Below, one piece after another: positions 41,532 to 50,376 of a stretch of 64,000 nt of DNA. Numbering within the stretch: the stretch's first letter is position 1; every line of letters starts with the position of its first letter. The translations under genes and the position numbers were made by a program. The notes beneath the pieces are model-generated. The model had not been told where the DNA came from and ran no database searches. It saw nothing but the letters and a program-made list of their open reading frames with translations. The stretch covers positions 1-64,000 of IMG/VR virus record IMGVR_UViG_3300037042_002125; one strand, written 5' to 3'.

Positions 41532-42218
41532 TTATTTCCAGATTTGCCATATCCCAAATTCTTTTGGTTCTGCTGCCAAACTTTGGAGGCGAGCCAAAGC
41601 GAGTGTCTTGATTTGGGTCATGGTGTTTCCTTCTTCGGTTTCAGGTTCGGGGGTGGTCCATATTTTGGAGTAGTCGTCCATTGTGAGAACGTCTTTCTCC
41701 TTGGAGAGTTTGAGGACGGCCTCCACTACGTCGTGGAGTTCAACATCACCTTTCAGTGTCTCGCGAGCAAGCTCAAGCAAGCGTATGAACAAAGGGACAT
41801 CAACGGTTATTGTGTCGAGTGGGTCTTTTGCTGACAAGCTTACCATAGCAACATCTGCTTTCACTAAAGTTTGAAACACGCTCATAATGTGACTCCATGT
41901 ATCTGCATGACCTGCCTTGTGGACCACGTCTTCTGCCTCACGCCACTTCTGGAGCAAGAACTTCTTGTCGCCTTTACCATCTTTAATTAGCCTAGCCAAG
42001 TAGTGGTCAGGTGGTGGAGGACACATATTGGAATGAGACAACACCAAGCCTGATCCAGCAACGTGAGCCATCTTCTGGAAGATGCTCATGATATACGCCC
42101 AATCTTCTTTGTGTCCTTGTGCGGCAGCGGCTGCCTTTGCATCTTCCCATTTCTTTTCCAACTTGGCCTTGCTGCCTTTTCCCTGTTTGACAAGTTTGTT
42201 GATGTAGCTGTTGGGCAT
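41532..42218 (-). CDS. multi-module protein (two-copy helical domain, DTITVDVPLFIRLLE domain, terminal leader module)
   Basis: Internal repeat Y..KL.K.GKG.K..L..KW..A; internal MTQIKTLALARLQSLAA. Confidence 0.75.
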   Translation of the reverse strand: MPNSYINKLVKQGKGSKAKLEKKWEDAKAAAAAQGHKEDWAYIMSIFQKMAHVAGSGLVLSHSNMCPPPPDHYLARLIKDGKGDKKFLLQKWREAEDVVHKAGHADTWSHIMSVFQTLVKADVAMVSLSAKDPLDTITVDVPLFIRLLELARETLKGDVELHDVVEAVLKLSKEKDVLTMDDYSKIWTTPEPETEEGNTMTQIKTLALARLQSLAAEPKEFGIWQIWK

Positions 42219-42220
42219 GT

Positions 42221-42439
42221 TTATTTCCCAATTGAAGGGTTTACAATTATTTCGTTTAGTTGTAGAACTTTATCACTAGAGCGTGACCACAACCTGGTAC
42301 AGTCATCTAATCTCCTGCGCCTATCAAAGTCTACCTGTTGTTGGACTATACGCCTGTCTTTTATAATTCTTCGTTCTTTCAAGGCGAACGTAGCAGCGTC
42401 ATTCCGCTCGTCTTTTTGTGCTTCTGTATCCTGACCCAC
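42221..42439 (-). CDS. hypothetical protein
   Basis: Fills gap on the coding strand, GTG start. Confidence 0.45.
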   Translation of the reverse strand: MGQDTEAQKDERNDAATFALKERRIIKDRRIVQQQVDFDRRRRLDDCTRLWSRSSDKVLQLNEIIVNPSIGK

Positions 42440-42442
42440 AAG

Positions 42443-42811
42443 CTACACGTCAATGACGTCCAAATTGGACGTAACTACAAGGATGCCAGACCTAGCACAG
42501 TAATTAACCGTGGTTGAGATAGTTCCCGACTCAGGACGGAACCCACCGTATATGCCGCTTACATCGCTCCGACCGGGTGTGAAATCAAACTCGTTCAATA
42601 GAGCGTATACCTTACGACCCATCATAGGCTTACCTGCTAGAACGTGGTGCGTAAACTTGGATGGGTACGTCTTGAACGCACTGTTCTGCTTCTTGAACGG
42701 CCCTAACAAGTGAGTAAGGGCATCCATAAGAGTAGGCAGCAAGTCCTTTGCGGTGAGAGACTCACCTAGGCGTTCTGCCTGCTCTTTTGTTTTAAGTTTT
42801 CTAATTGACAT
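42443..42811 (-). CDS. hypothetical protein
   Basis: Start MSIRKL just after upstream stop. Confidence 0.7.
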   Translation of the reverse strand: MSIRKLKTKEQAERLGESLTAKDLLPTLMDALTHLLGPFKKQNSAFKTYPSKFTHHVLAGKPMMGRKVYALLNEFDFTPGRSDVSGIYGGFRPESGTISTTVNYCARSGILVVTSNLDVIDV

Positions 42812-42813
42812 AG

Positions 42814-43587
42814 TTAGGCCTTGGTAATGGTCCAAAAATCTGCAGACAAAACACGATCAGATAGATAGGCGTAAGGCATTGTGAAGTATCCCCCAAGACC
42901 CCAGTCAACACCCCAGGAGTTGCGTACTAACCCGCGTTGAGTCTCGTCATCATACCCAACGAGCAACACTGCATGGCATCCGTTGCATTTGGCCTTCGGG
43001 CCTGGCATAGGAAGCTCACCAGTGACTGCCACATCCTCAGAGTCGAATTCGTCGTAGACGTCAAAGCAGAACACAATAGGGTAACCAGACGCTAAGGTGC
43101 GCTTAACTTCCAGCATATTCTTGTCTCGGCTGACGCGGGCGTAGGCGCTTATCTTATGCTTGGCCGCCTTATCAAATACTTCGGGTGGAGGACGGATTCC
43201 TACTTTAGCAGCACGGTACGGCCATATTTCCTCCAACGGCGTACCATACTTCTCGACCACCTTGAGGCCAGTACGTATTTGCGTACCCACGTCCTTGTTG
43301 ACGGTGCGCTCTACCACGCGACCATTGTAGAACGGGAACAAACGGCTGAGATCAGAGTAGTGGTGATCGTGGTGATGCTTGATTTCCAGGTACTCCATAG
43401 CCCCAACTATTGAGTTGTAGACACAGCTACTCAAACTCGCCTGGTTCTCTACAGGAGAACAATGTGGGCGCAGATCGACCTTAGCTGGTAAGTCCTCGGC
43501 ATGTTTCAGTTTGAAGAAATCAGATGTGTGGACATATTGGTCGCGAGCGTCATGCGTGTCACGGCTGGCATTAAAACGTTCAAACAT
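42814..43587 (-). CDS. papain-like (C1A) cysteine peptidase
   Basis: LPAKVDLR, NQ....SC, GCHAVLLVGYD, RNSWG..WG..GYF. Confidence 0.92.
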   Translation of the reverse strand: MFERFNASRDTHDARDQYVHTSDFFKLKHAEDLPAKVDLRPHCSPVENQASLSSCVYNSIVGAMEYLEIKHHHDHHYSDLSRLFPFYNGRVVERTVNKDVGTQIRTGLKVVEKYGTPLEEIWPYRAAKVGIRPPPEVFDKAAKHKISAYARVSRDKNMLEVKRTLASGYPIVFCFDVYDEFDSEDVAVTGELPMPGPKAKCNGCHAVLLVGYDDETQRGLVRNSWGVDWGLGGYFTMPYAYLSDRVLSADFWTITKA

Positions 43588-43596
43588 AAAAATCCT

Positions 43597-44052
43597 TTAT
43601 AATTTACCCTTGTAACCCAATTCCTTTAATGCTTTGTCTGCATCAAGGTGTTTTGACTGTGCATACTTACGGAAGATTTCAAAGGTCTTTTTACATCCGT
43701 TTACTTCATCCTCAACAGTAGGATCTTCTTCAGAAAGCCCATCTTCCTGTATGTAGTTCAATGTCTCTAAGGCTTCTTGTACCTTACGTATTACTGCCTG
43801 TGGAAATCTTGGTACCTCAAGAGGCTTACCATCGTCACCACTTAGTGGTAAGAGTTCAAAAGATTTAACCTCTTGGTCTGTTAATTCACGTGTGTAGGTA
43901 ACAATCCCATGTCGTACCCTGTCAATACCTTCACAGTCTTTGTCATACGTGTACTCACCTTTGGGTACAGCCCCTAAACCAGGTGGTCTGTTGACAAGCC
44001 CATACCTGAACTGTTTATTTGCCAAGATTTTGTGAAGTGGTTGGATTGCCAT
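43597..44052 (-). CDS. DarA C-terminal-like domain protein
   Basis: YGLVNRPPGLGAVPKG...RHGIVTY.RELT..EV.SFEL resembles the DarA_C family. Confidence 0.7.
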   Translation of the reverse strand: MAIQPLHKILANKQFRYGLVNRPPGLGAVPKGEYTYDKDCEGIDRVRHGIVTYTRELTDQEVKSFELLPLSGDDGKPLEVPRFPQAVIRKVQEALETLNYIQEDGLSEEDPTVEDEVNGCKKTFEIFRKYAQSKHLDADKALKELGYKGKL

Positions 44053-44054
44053 TG

Positions 44055-44285
44055 TTATTCCTGGTACATTGCATCCGCTTGAACACCATTTAGAATTCCT
44101 GCAACTATTTTGGCATCTTCCTTAGAACAGGAACCTGGTGGAAAATTAAATGTCCAAGTATGGCCCTTAGACTCCCCTGATATGTGCAAAGTCATACCAG
44201 CAGTTACTTTAAGTTTTACCTTAGACATTGAAAGAGACCCTGCGGCTGTTGTAGAATGTAAACGTGCAATTGCTTTGATTGTCAT
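44055..44285 (-). CDS. leader-bearing small protein
   Basis: MTIKAIARLHSTTAA. Confidence 0.7.
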   Translation of the reverse strand: MTIKAIARLHSTTAAGSLSMSKVKLKVTAGMTLHISGESKGHTWTFNFPPGSCSKEDAKIVAGILNGVQADAMYQE

Positions 44286-44300
44286 GATTGTTCCTAAATT

Positions 44301-45152
44301 TCAATATTTCTTAGGTTCGAGGTGGGTCTTCAACTTGTTAACCAACCCCATGTCGTTCATCTTGCGAGCGCCTGTGAACACAAATGCAATGGCGAGGTTG
44401 GCTATATTTGAAGCAAGCCAAGCTACACCAAGGCCAGTAAACAAGCCTGCACCCAACAAGGTAAGCATAGTCAATCCATCTGCGCTAAGGAACAGGTCGG
44501 TCAGATCAAACTGTCCTTTGAATGCGGCTACGATCACCGCAATGTCAAAGTCAAATTGCGGGTTGCCTGTAAAGGACATTGAGAGCCATATCCAGAGCAG
44601 CAAACCTGCAAGAGCAATACCAGCCAGCTTCGTCAACAGAGGGTGGGCATGAAGAATCTCGTCGATCTTCATTGTGCCTTTTCTCAGGCCGTCAAGTGCG
44701 CCACTCTTTACCAGCGCATCAAATGCCTTGAACAGACCCTTAGGCACAAGGCTGGTAAATGCAGTGATTGCCTTCCACAATGCCTTGACATTGAATGCCA
44801 CGCCTTTGAGGAGGGCGAACACATCTTTTTGCTTGAACGCCTTAACCACTTCCTCAAAACCAACCTTGAAGTCGTTCGCAATGTCTGTCAGCAATTGCTT
44901 CAGGTCACCAAAGGCTTTTACCAGTATACCTGGGAGGCTGAAATCAAAGGCAAGGACCTCACCAACTGGCAGGCACATCTGATCCATTACCTGGCAATAG
45001 ACAGCGTAGTTGATTTCATCTGCACTGGCTATAGTAATCAGTTTAGGACCTTGTGTTAAGGCAGTCGCGAACGCGGCGCTCACTTCTGTGTTGAGCGCCA
45101 AGCGTCTCTTCAACTGATCATGGAATTGCTTCGCGTTATACGTCTGGTTCAT
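44301..45152 (-). CDS. membrane protein with C-terminal hydrophobic helices
   Basis: LAGIALAGLLLWIWL and GLTMLTLLGAGLFTGLGVAWL segments. Confidence 0.75.
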   Translation of the reverse strand: MNQTYNAKQFHDQLKRRLALNTEVSAAFATALTQGPKLITIASADEINYAVYCQVMDQMCLPVGEVLAFDFSLPGILVKAFGDLKQLLTDIANDFKVGFEEVVKAFKQKDVFALLKGVAFNVKALWKAITAFTSLVPKGLFKAFDALVKSGALDGLRKGTMKIDEILHAHPLLTKLAGIALAGLLLWIWLSMSFTGNPQFDFDIAVIVAAFKGQFDLTDLFLSADGLTMLTLLGAGLFTGLGVAWLASNIANLAIAFVFTGARKMNDMGLVNKLKTHLEPKKY

Positions 45153-45171
45153 GGTCTGTCAGTCCTTTAGA

Positions 45172-46725
45172 TTACTGAGCTTCATCTTGAATGTAATCCC
45201 AGACCTTATCTGGTATTTGTTCGAGGCTTGATGTATCCATTGAAGAATACCTGTCAACCTTCTTGACTTGAATGTAATCCCAGGCCTTATCTGGTATTTG
45301 TTCGCGGCTTGATGTATCCATTGAAGAATACCTGTCAACCTTCTTGATGTTGTTTTCCAAGAAAGCAGAAGCAAGGCGAATGTGATCGGCAGCGTCACCA
45401 ATTACCATAGCTGCCATACCCAGACCAAAATCCTCTTCTTCGTCAGAGATCCAACCAATAGCATTTTCAGCACTCAGCTCTCCCTTGAACGCATTTTTGA
45501 AGGTAAGCATACCCAAGGAATTCATCTTTGCATCTTTGCCAAGTTTTGCTTTTGGTCCCCTAGCCTTTTCAACAAGTTTGGCAACCTGTTCTACAAACTT
45601 GAGTACTTCCTCAGTACCTTTATAAAACTTTTTGTTCTTCTCGACAGCATTGAGTACCTTAGCGATACTGGCCAAGAAGTCAGCACAAGCTTCTGTAGGG
45701 CCTAAAGCCTTGGCCTTACTGTAAGCTGCCTTGAGAATCTTAGGAGCATTCTGATCTACAATTTTGTAGATTTCTGCCAAGTTATCTTCTTCGGTATCGT
45801 GCTCAAGAACATCTTCAGCAGGTTTTTTGCCTGCGTTCTTGGCAGGTTTGGATTGCTTTGCCAACTTGTTTGCCAGGTCCAAAGTGAGAGTAAACACCTT
45901 GTTAGGTCCAAGCTCTGGGCTTATCATGCGAATCTTTTTGCCGTCTGCTGATTTACGCACACCAAATTTTTCACCAGGGCCAAGGGTCAACTTAGTCCCT
46001 GCCCCAGATTTAAGAGGAAGACTTTTCCCTTTATAGATAAACCAATCATAGGCAGATTCTCCTTTGGGGGTCGCAATGGCCTGGAGGCGGGCACTTGACT
46101 CTTCTTTGATCTTGGTAGTCCTGACTACGGCTGAGTGCATGCCTTTGCCAGCTTTGTAACCTTTTTGGTCATTGTAGTCAGAGGCAAATTTATCAGCCTT
46201 TGCTTTATCAGTAAACGTCTTTAACAGATCGTAGTCAGGGCCGCCTGCCCTATCACCTTTGACCTTGTGGTAGACGTAAAAGGTAGTCGCAATGGCTTGG
46301 AGGCGGGCGAGTGCTTGAATCTGGGTCTTGATTGTAGTCATGGTATGGTCTTCCTTTGATTGTGATGCCATTGCGTTCGTGTCGTCGATGTTGACGGCGT
46401 TGATAAGTGTTACTATCCGTTGGTACCAGCCATCGCATATACCGTCGAGATAGGACGAAAGGTGTTGCATTGCCCGCAAAGCTTCTTGGCGAGACTTAGC
46501 CCCAATGAGATTGGTGTAAGCCTTACGGACATACGGCAAGGCTTTTTCATAAGGGAGAGCCTTTGATCGTCCAGCGTAATCGGTGCTACCAGGTGTGATG
46601 ATCCTTTCCAGAGAATCACCGAGGTGTTCAAGAGCTTCTAGGGCAGCAGGGAACATGCAGTCTTGCGTAGGACCCGCGGTCACAGAATTTTTCCAAGGGC
46701 TAGGTATGTTGGTATTGCTCATCAT
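45172..46725 (-). CDS. multi-module protein with two internal leader motifs
   Basis: IQALARLQAIA and SSARLQAIA; C-terminal 27-aa duplication. Confidence 0.8.
   Translation of the reverse strand: MMSNTNIPSPWKNSVTAGPTQDCMFPAALEALEHLGDSLERIITPGSTDYAGRSKALPYEKALPYVRKAYTNLIGAKSRQEALRAMQHLSSYLDGICDGWYQRIVTLINAVNIDDTNAMASQSKEDHTMTTIKTQIQALARLQAIATTFYVYHKVKGDRAGGPDYDLLKTFTDKAKADKFASDYNDQKGYKAGKGMHSAVVRTTKIKEESSARLQAIATPKGESAYDWFIYKGKSLPLKSGAGTKLTLGPGEKFGVRKSADGKKIRMISPELGPNKVFTLTLDLANKLAKQSKPAKNAGKKPAEDVLEHDTEEDNLAEIYKIVDQNAPKILKAAYSKAKALGPTEACADFLASIAKVLNAVEKNKKFYKGTEEVLKFVEQVAKLVEKARGPKAKLGKDAKMNSLGMLTFKNAFKGELSAENAIGWISDEEEDFGLGMAAMVIGDAADHIRLASAFLENNIKKVDRYSSMDTSSREQIPDKAWDYIQVKKVDRYSSMDTSSLEQIPDKVWDYIQDEAQ
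45186..45347. repeat. 81-bp tandem duplication (2 mismatches)
   Basis: 45186-45266 vs 45267-45347, in frame. Confidence 0.95.
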
Positions 46726-47987
46726 TCATTGTCCATGTTGATAATGTCAATAACGCGGCGCAGTTTCTTAGCGTCAAGACCAAATTGGTCTTGAAGGAAG
46801 TCAATGTCATTCACGCTAACTTTATTCTCAGGCGACAGGTTGGTCAAGGTAAACTTGATTACCTTAGGGTCTGTGCCTTGGTCAATCTTCATGCTAACGG
46901 TTGCCTTCTTGATCTTAGCAAAAATACCCTTAACGTCTTTGAGAAGGGAAACGGCAACCGCTTGTATGTCCTTGGCCTTAACGCCCTTCTTGAGCATAAA
47001 GTTGATTGAGCTAGGGGTGAACTCAATGCTCTCAATGCTCTGGCTAGCCTCAAATTTACCTTTAGGGTAATCATCTGGGTTGAGGTTGTGAGGTTGAGTA
47101 CCGATAGCTGTATAGATGTTTTCCATCTCCAGCATGGTACCTAGCATGGTTGCAGCTTCTTTAGAAGAAGTGACCTTACGACCCAAGGCGTATTTGCCAG
47201 GTGTGGCAAAATCATGCATCACAGTCAAGTAGTAAATTGTCTCTACTTTTGTCAAATCCTTGGTAGGTTTCAATACGCAATTGAACACAATGTAGAACTT
47301 GGGATAGATATTACCTTCGTCATCTGTGAGGCTGGTGAGTTCGAGATAGACGGCAAATGCCAAGTTGCCTTCTTTTGTCTCATACCCGTACATAAAAGTC
47401 TTGTGGGATTTGAACGTCAACTCCGGGCTAACTTGGGTGATTGTGTCTTTAATCAAGTCCTTAAAGTTCTTAGGAGTATGGCGCTCGCCAATGTCACCCA
47501 AGAAGGTAAGTGCCTTATCTAAAGAGGATTTTGCGGTACGTTGCAGGCTTTTGATTGCCTTGAGCATCTCGTTAGAACCGCGGATGCCCCTAAAGTTAAC
47601 CGACGTAGAGTTGTACAGCTTGTCTAAGTCATCGACCTTGTCTGCTATCTCGTCAACGATGGTGAAGTTCTTTCTAAGCACATCGATCTTTGGGATAACG
47701 ACCTTATCAATGATGTCTGTATTGATGGTATTTCCGCCTTTAGGTTTTCTAGGACCTTTAGGTGTGTTTACATCAATGTCAAAGATGATTGACTCGGCGG
47801 CAGTAACAGGAGATTGGACCCTTGAGAATTGCAGCTGGTATTGTTTTATCAAACCATCCAAATCCTGAAGATCATTCTCAATCCCGTCCAGATATTTTTG
47901 CACCTCTTGTAAGGACCGAAATGCACCTTCTGCAATCTCCACAATCCTGGGGACTTGTTTGATGAGGTGAAGTGGTTTAATTGACAT
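46722..47987 (-). CDS. putative virion protein
   Basis: 421 aa, MSIKPLH start, VTAA motif, context. Confidence 0.65.
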   Translation of the reverse strand: MSIKPLHLIKQVPRIVEIAEGAFRSLQEVQKYLDGIENDLQDLDGLIKQYQLQFSRVQSPVTAAESIIFDIDVNTPKGPRKPKGGNTINTDIIDKVVIPKIDVLRKNFTIVDEIADKVDDLDKLYNSTSVNFRGIRGSNEMLKAIKSLQRTAKSSLDKALTFLGDIGERHTPKNFKDLIKDTITQVSPELTFKSHKTFMYGYETKEGNLAFAVYLELTSLTDDEGNIYPKFYIVFNCVLKPTKDLTKVETIYYLTVMHDFATPGKYALGRKVTSSKEAATMLGTMLEMENIYTAIGTQPHNLNPDDYPKGKFEASQSIESIEFTPSSINFMLKKGVKAKDIQAVAVSLLKDVKGIFAKIKKATVSMKIDQGTDPKVIKFTLTNLSPENKVSVNDIDFLQDQFGLDAKKLRRVIDIINMDNE

Positions 47988-48022
47988 AGTTAGCCCTAAT
48001 GATTATTTCTATCAAAATTAAA

Positions 48023-48382
48023 TTATTTTGCGTGTGTGCCAAGATTCCTTAGGCGCATAACCGAGGAAAAGGAACTAGATGGGGCGCTGCTCTTGAAATC
48101 GGTTATCTTTCTCAATTCATCTGGACCTGTGTTGATGTCACTAGGAGGATGATTGCCTGTGTAATCCGTGTTAGGGAACGTCAACGACTCTTCTAATTCT
48201 TTGTCAGTGAAAGATTGGTTGCCTTCAAACTCAATCTCGTAACGCTCTTGGCCTTCGTCCCAACCTTCTGGATCACCGCTGTTCATATCCGGAGCGTTGC
48301 CAGTTCCTTGCCTTAAACCGTCGTTGAAATTGTGTTGCATGTTCGGGGCTTCGTCATACCCTGACAGATGTTTGATGCTCAT
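48023..48382 (-). CDS. acidic hypothetical protein
   Basis: ATGA coupling. Confidence 0.7.
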   Translation of the reverse strand: MSIKHLSGYDEAPNMQHNFNDGLRQGTGNAPDMNSGDPEGWDEGQERYEIEFEGNQSFTDKELEESLTFPNTDYTGNHPPSDINTGPDELRKITDFKSSAPSSSFSSVMRLRNLGTHAK

Positions 48383-49644
48383 GTTCTGGGTCCCTTTCCA
48401 TTGTCACGGACAAGTGTGGTGTTGCGTTGATTGAGTTGCCTGCGACGGGGGAGGTTGTGCAGGAGCTCACTAGGTTGGATGACGCGCGCGGTCACATCCC
48501 AACCAAGGACATTACGATCACGATCATTCCACCAACTAGACGATCCTACTACGAACGCCTTGCCGAATGTAGATTCCACCAGCACATCGTAGGTAGACAG
48601 TTTAGGTATGCTAGGGCTGCCGACGATTGAAACATCTTCCGTCAAGTCACGTACTTCGATCGCCGTACCGCTTGTCAGCTTAGGGAATTCAATCATTGCC
48701 GTTTCGCGGCTAAGGCCTATCTGGACTTCGAGGTGAGACCAGTAAGTCAAGTCCTGGAACTTGAGTGTGATACTGTGGACCCGTCCATCACAAAAGGCAG
48801 CAAGCAACTGATCAGAATACGGCAAAGTATCTATCTGCACTTGATCAGGTGTGACCCTCTGATCGTTGTTCCAGACTTTGAACGCGTCGAGGTAGACGAA
48901 TCCTTTTGGTAGGATAGTCTTGAACGTAACAGAGGTGGCAAAGAAGCGATTGGGAATTTCGTTTGCCTCAATAGTTCCTGTCACCGCAAAGCATTCTGGG
49001 CTATGTCCCGTGAATACTTTTCTCCAGCTGTGGAGAACAGAATATCCGCCTACAAAACCGGTACCAAAGCAAACGGTGCATTTGGAACTGGAGTAGTCGA
49101 GGATGTTTGTATCAAACATTTCGACCGCATCATCTAAAGTATCAATTTGGACAGGGCCGTTGTCACCACGTTCGCCAGGCGTACCCAAAGGAGTTCTGTC
49201 TATGTAAGGACTTTCAAGCGGTCCAACGTTGTCACCTAACAGGCTATCCTCTGAGGTTAGTTCTCCGTAGAGTTGATCATCGCGAACAAGAGGAGGAATT
49301 TTCCGTATAGGTCTCAGATCATCTCGACCGCTTGCTCTTGATCCATACGGTTGGATCTTGAACTCCATACCACCGGTCAATAAATCGTTCATAGTACCAA
49401 TAGGCATTTTCCCATCTTCACCCAGCAATGTCGTAAAAACCTTTTGGTGGGATTGGCAAGAGCAAGCGAGACCTTGAGTCAAACGATTGTAGACTAAGCT
49501 TTCGTAACCTTGGACCTTAAATACATTGTCATACTTGCGTTGCTGAACAGGCATCAAGTCTCTGATAGCTTCTTTAGCGACATCAACGGTTCTTGAATTA
49601 GGGGGTAGCAGCCTACTGTGTGTTCTTCCAGAATTAAAAGGCAT
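48379..49644 (-). CDS. putative head-completion/neck protein with Zn-binding motifs
   Basis: CSC and CTVCFGTGFVGGY motifs. Confidence 0.55.
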   Translation of the reverse strand: MPFNSGRTHSRLLPPNSRTVDVAKEAIRDLMPVQQRKYDNVFKVQGYESLVYNRLTQGLACSCQSHQKVFTTLLGEDGKMPIGTMNDLLTGGMEFKIQPYGSRASGRDDLRPIRKIPPLVRDDQLYGELTSEDSLLGDNVGPLESPYIDRTPLGTPGERGDNGPVQIDTLDDAVEMFDTNILDYSSSKCTVCFGTGFVGGYSVLHSWRKVFTGHSPECFAVTGTIEANEIPNRFFATSVTFKTILPKGFVYLDAFKVWNNDQRVTPDQVQIDTLPYSDQLLAAFCDGRVHSITLKFQDLTYWSHLEVQIGLSRETAMIEFPKLTSGTAIEVRDLTEDVSIVGSPSIPKLSTYDVLVESTFGKAFVVGSSSWWNDRDRNVLGWDVTARVIQPSELLHNLPRRRQLNQRNTTLVRDNGKGPRT

Positions 49645-49766
49645 TTCGCACCATCCTTAAGTAATTTGATTTGGCATATTGAGCAAGACTACGCCAAAAT
49701 TTGTACGCATTAAATTAAAGTTGCCGCGGGTTTGCTGTTTCACGTCCGATGGTTGTAAATAACAGT

Positions 49767-50372
49767 ATGGAACCAATAATGATAAATATCCTAAGCTGCG
49801 ATCCTGGTTCAATAAACTTTGGATTTTCGGTACTGACAGGCAGAATACAGGACGGAGAAATATCGTTCAAGGTTGTTGCGAACGGAATGTGCCCTTGTCC
49901 ATTGAAACGTGTCAAGAAAAGTAAAGACCTCCGTGATCAGCAGGTACAATTCCAACTGTGGTTTGAAAACCTGATCTTCAAACACAACATAGACGCTGTC
50001 TGTGCAGAGCGTTTTATGGCGCGAGGTCTTTTGGGACCCCTTGGTGAGTACATTGGAATCATGTTGGGCATGATGGGCTTGATCTTGATACAGAAGAATA
50101 AGAAACCTCTCAAGATATTTCCAGCAGCAACATGGAAGAACGCCGTACGCCGTAATGCAGACGACAAAGAGTTTCTGGACAAGACGTACAAGATAGCCAA
50201 GGTTCCACCACACCAACTTGACGCATCTCTAATGGGTGTGTGGACATTGTACCAAGGTTATAACAGAACAGATTTCGAGGGATTGGATCTAGTCCAAATC
50301 CGAGATAAGCTTCTTGATCAGATAGAAGCAACAAGTGAAACCAAGTTAATCAACCGTAAAATAAAGAGGTGA
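49767..50372 (+). CDS. ruvC: RuvC-like Holliday junction resolvase
   Basis: ILSCDPGSINFG, AERF, TWK, HQLDA; start uncertain (49749/49767/49779). Confidence 0.8.
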   Translation: MEPIMINILSCDPGSINFGFSVLTGRIQDGEISFKVVANGMCPCPLKRVKKSKDLRDQQVQFQLWFENLIFKHNIDAVCAERFMARGLLGPLGEYIGIMLGMMGLILIQKNKKPLKIFPAATWKNAVRRNADDKEFLDKTYKIAKVPPHQLDASLMGVWTLYQGYNRTDFEGLDLVQIRDKLLDQIEATSETKLINRKIKR

Positions 50373-50376
50373 TGCC

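Noticed and set aside
41532-41534. Stop-codon reassignment
   Set aside because: TAA, TAG and TGA all end well-packed genes elsewhere; this is a single isolated case
45186-45347. 81-bp duplication as a DGR template/variable repeat
   Set aside because: Only two mismatches, not at coding-strand adenines; directly tandem; no reverse transcriptase in the window
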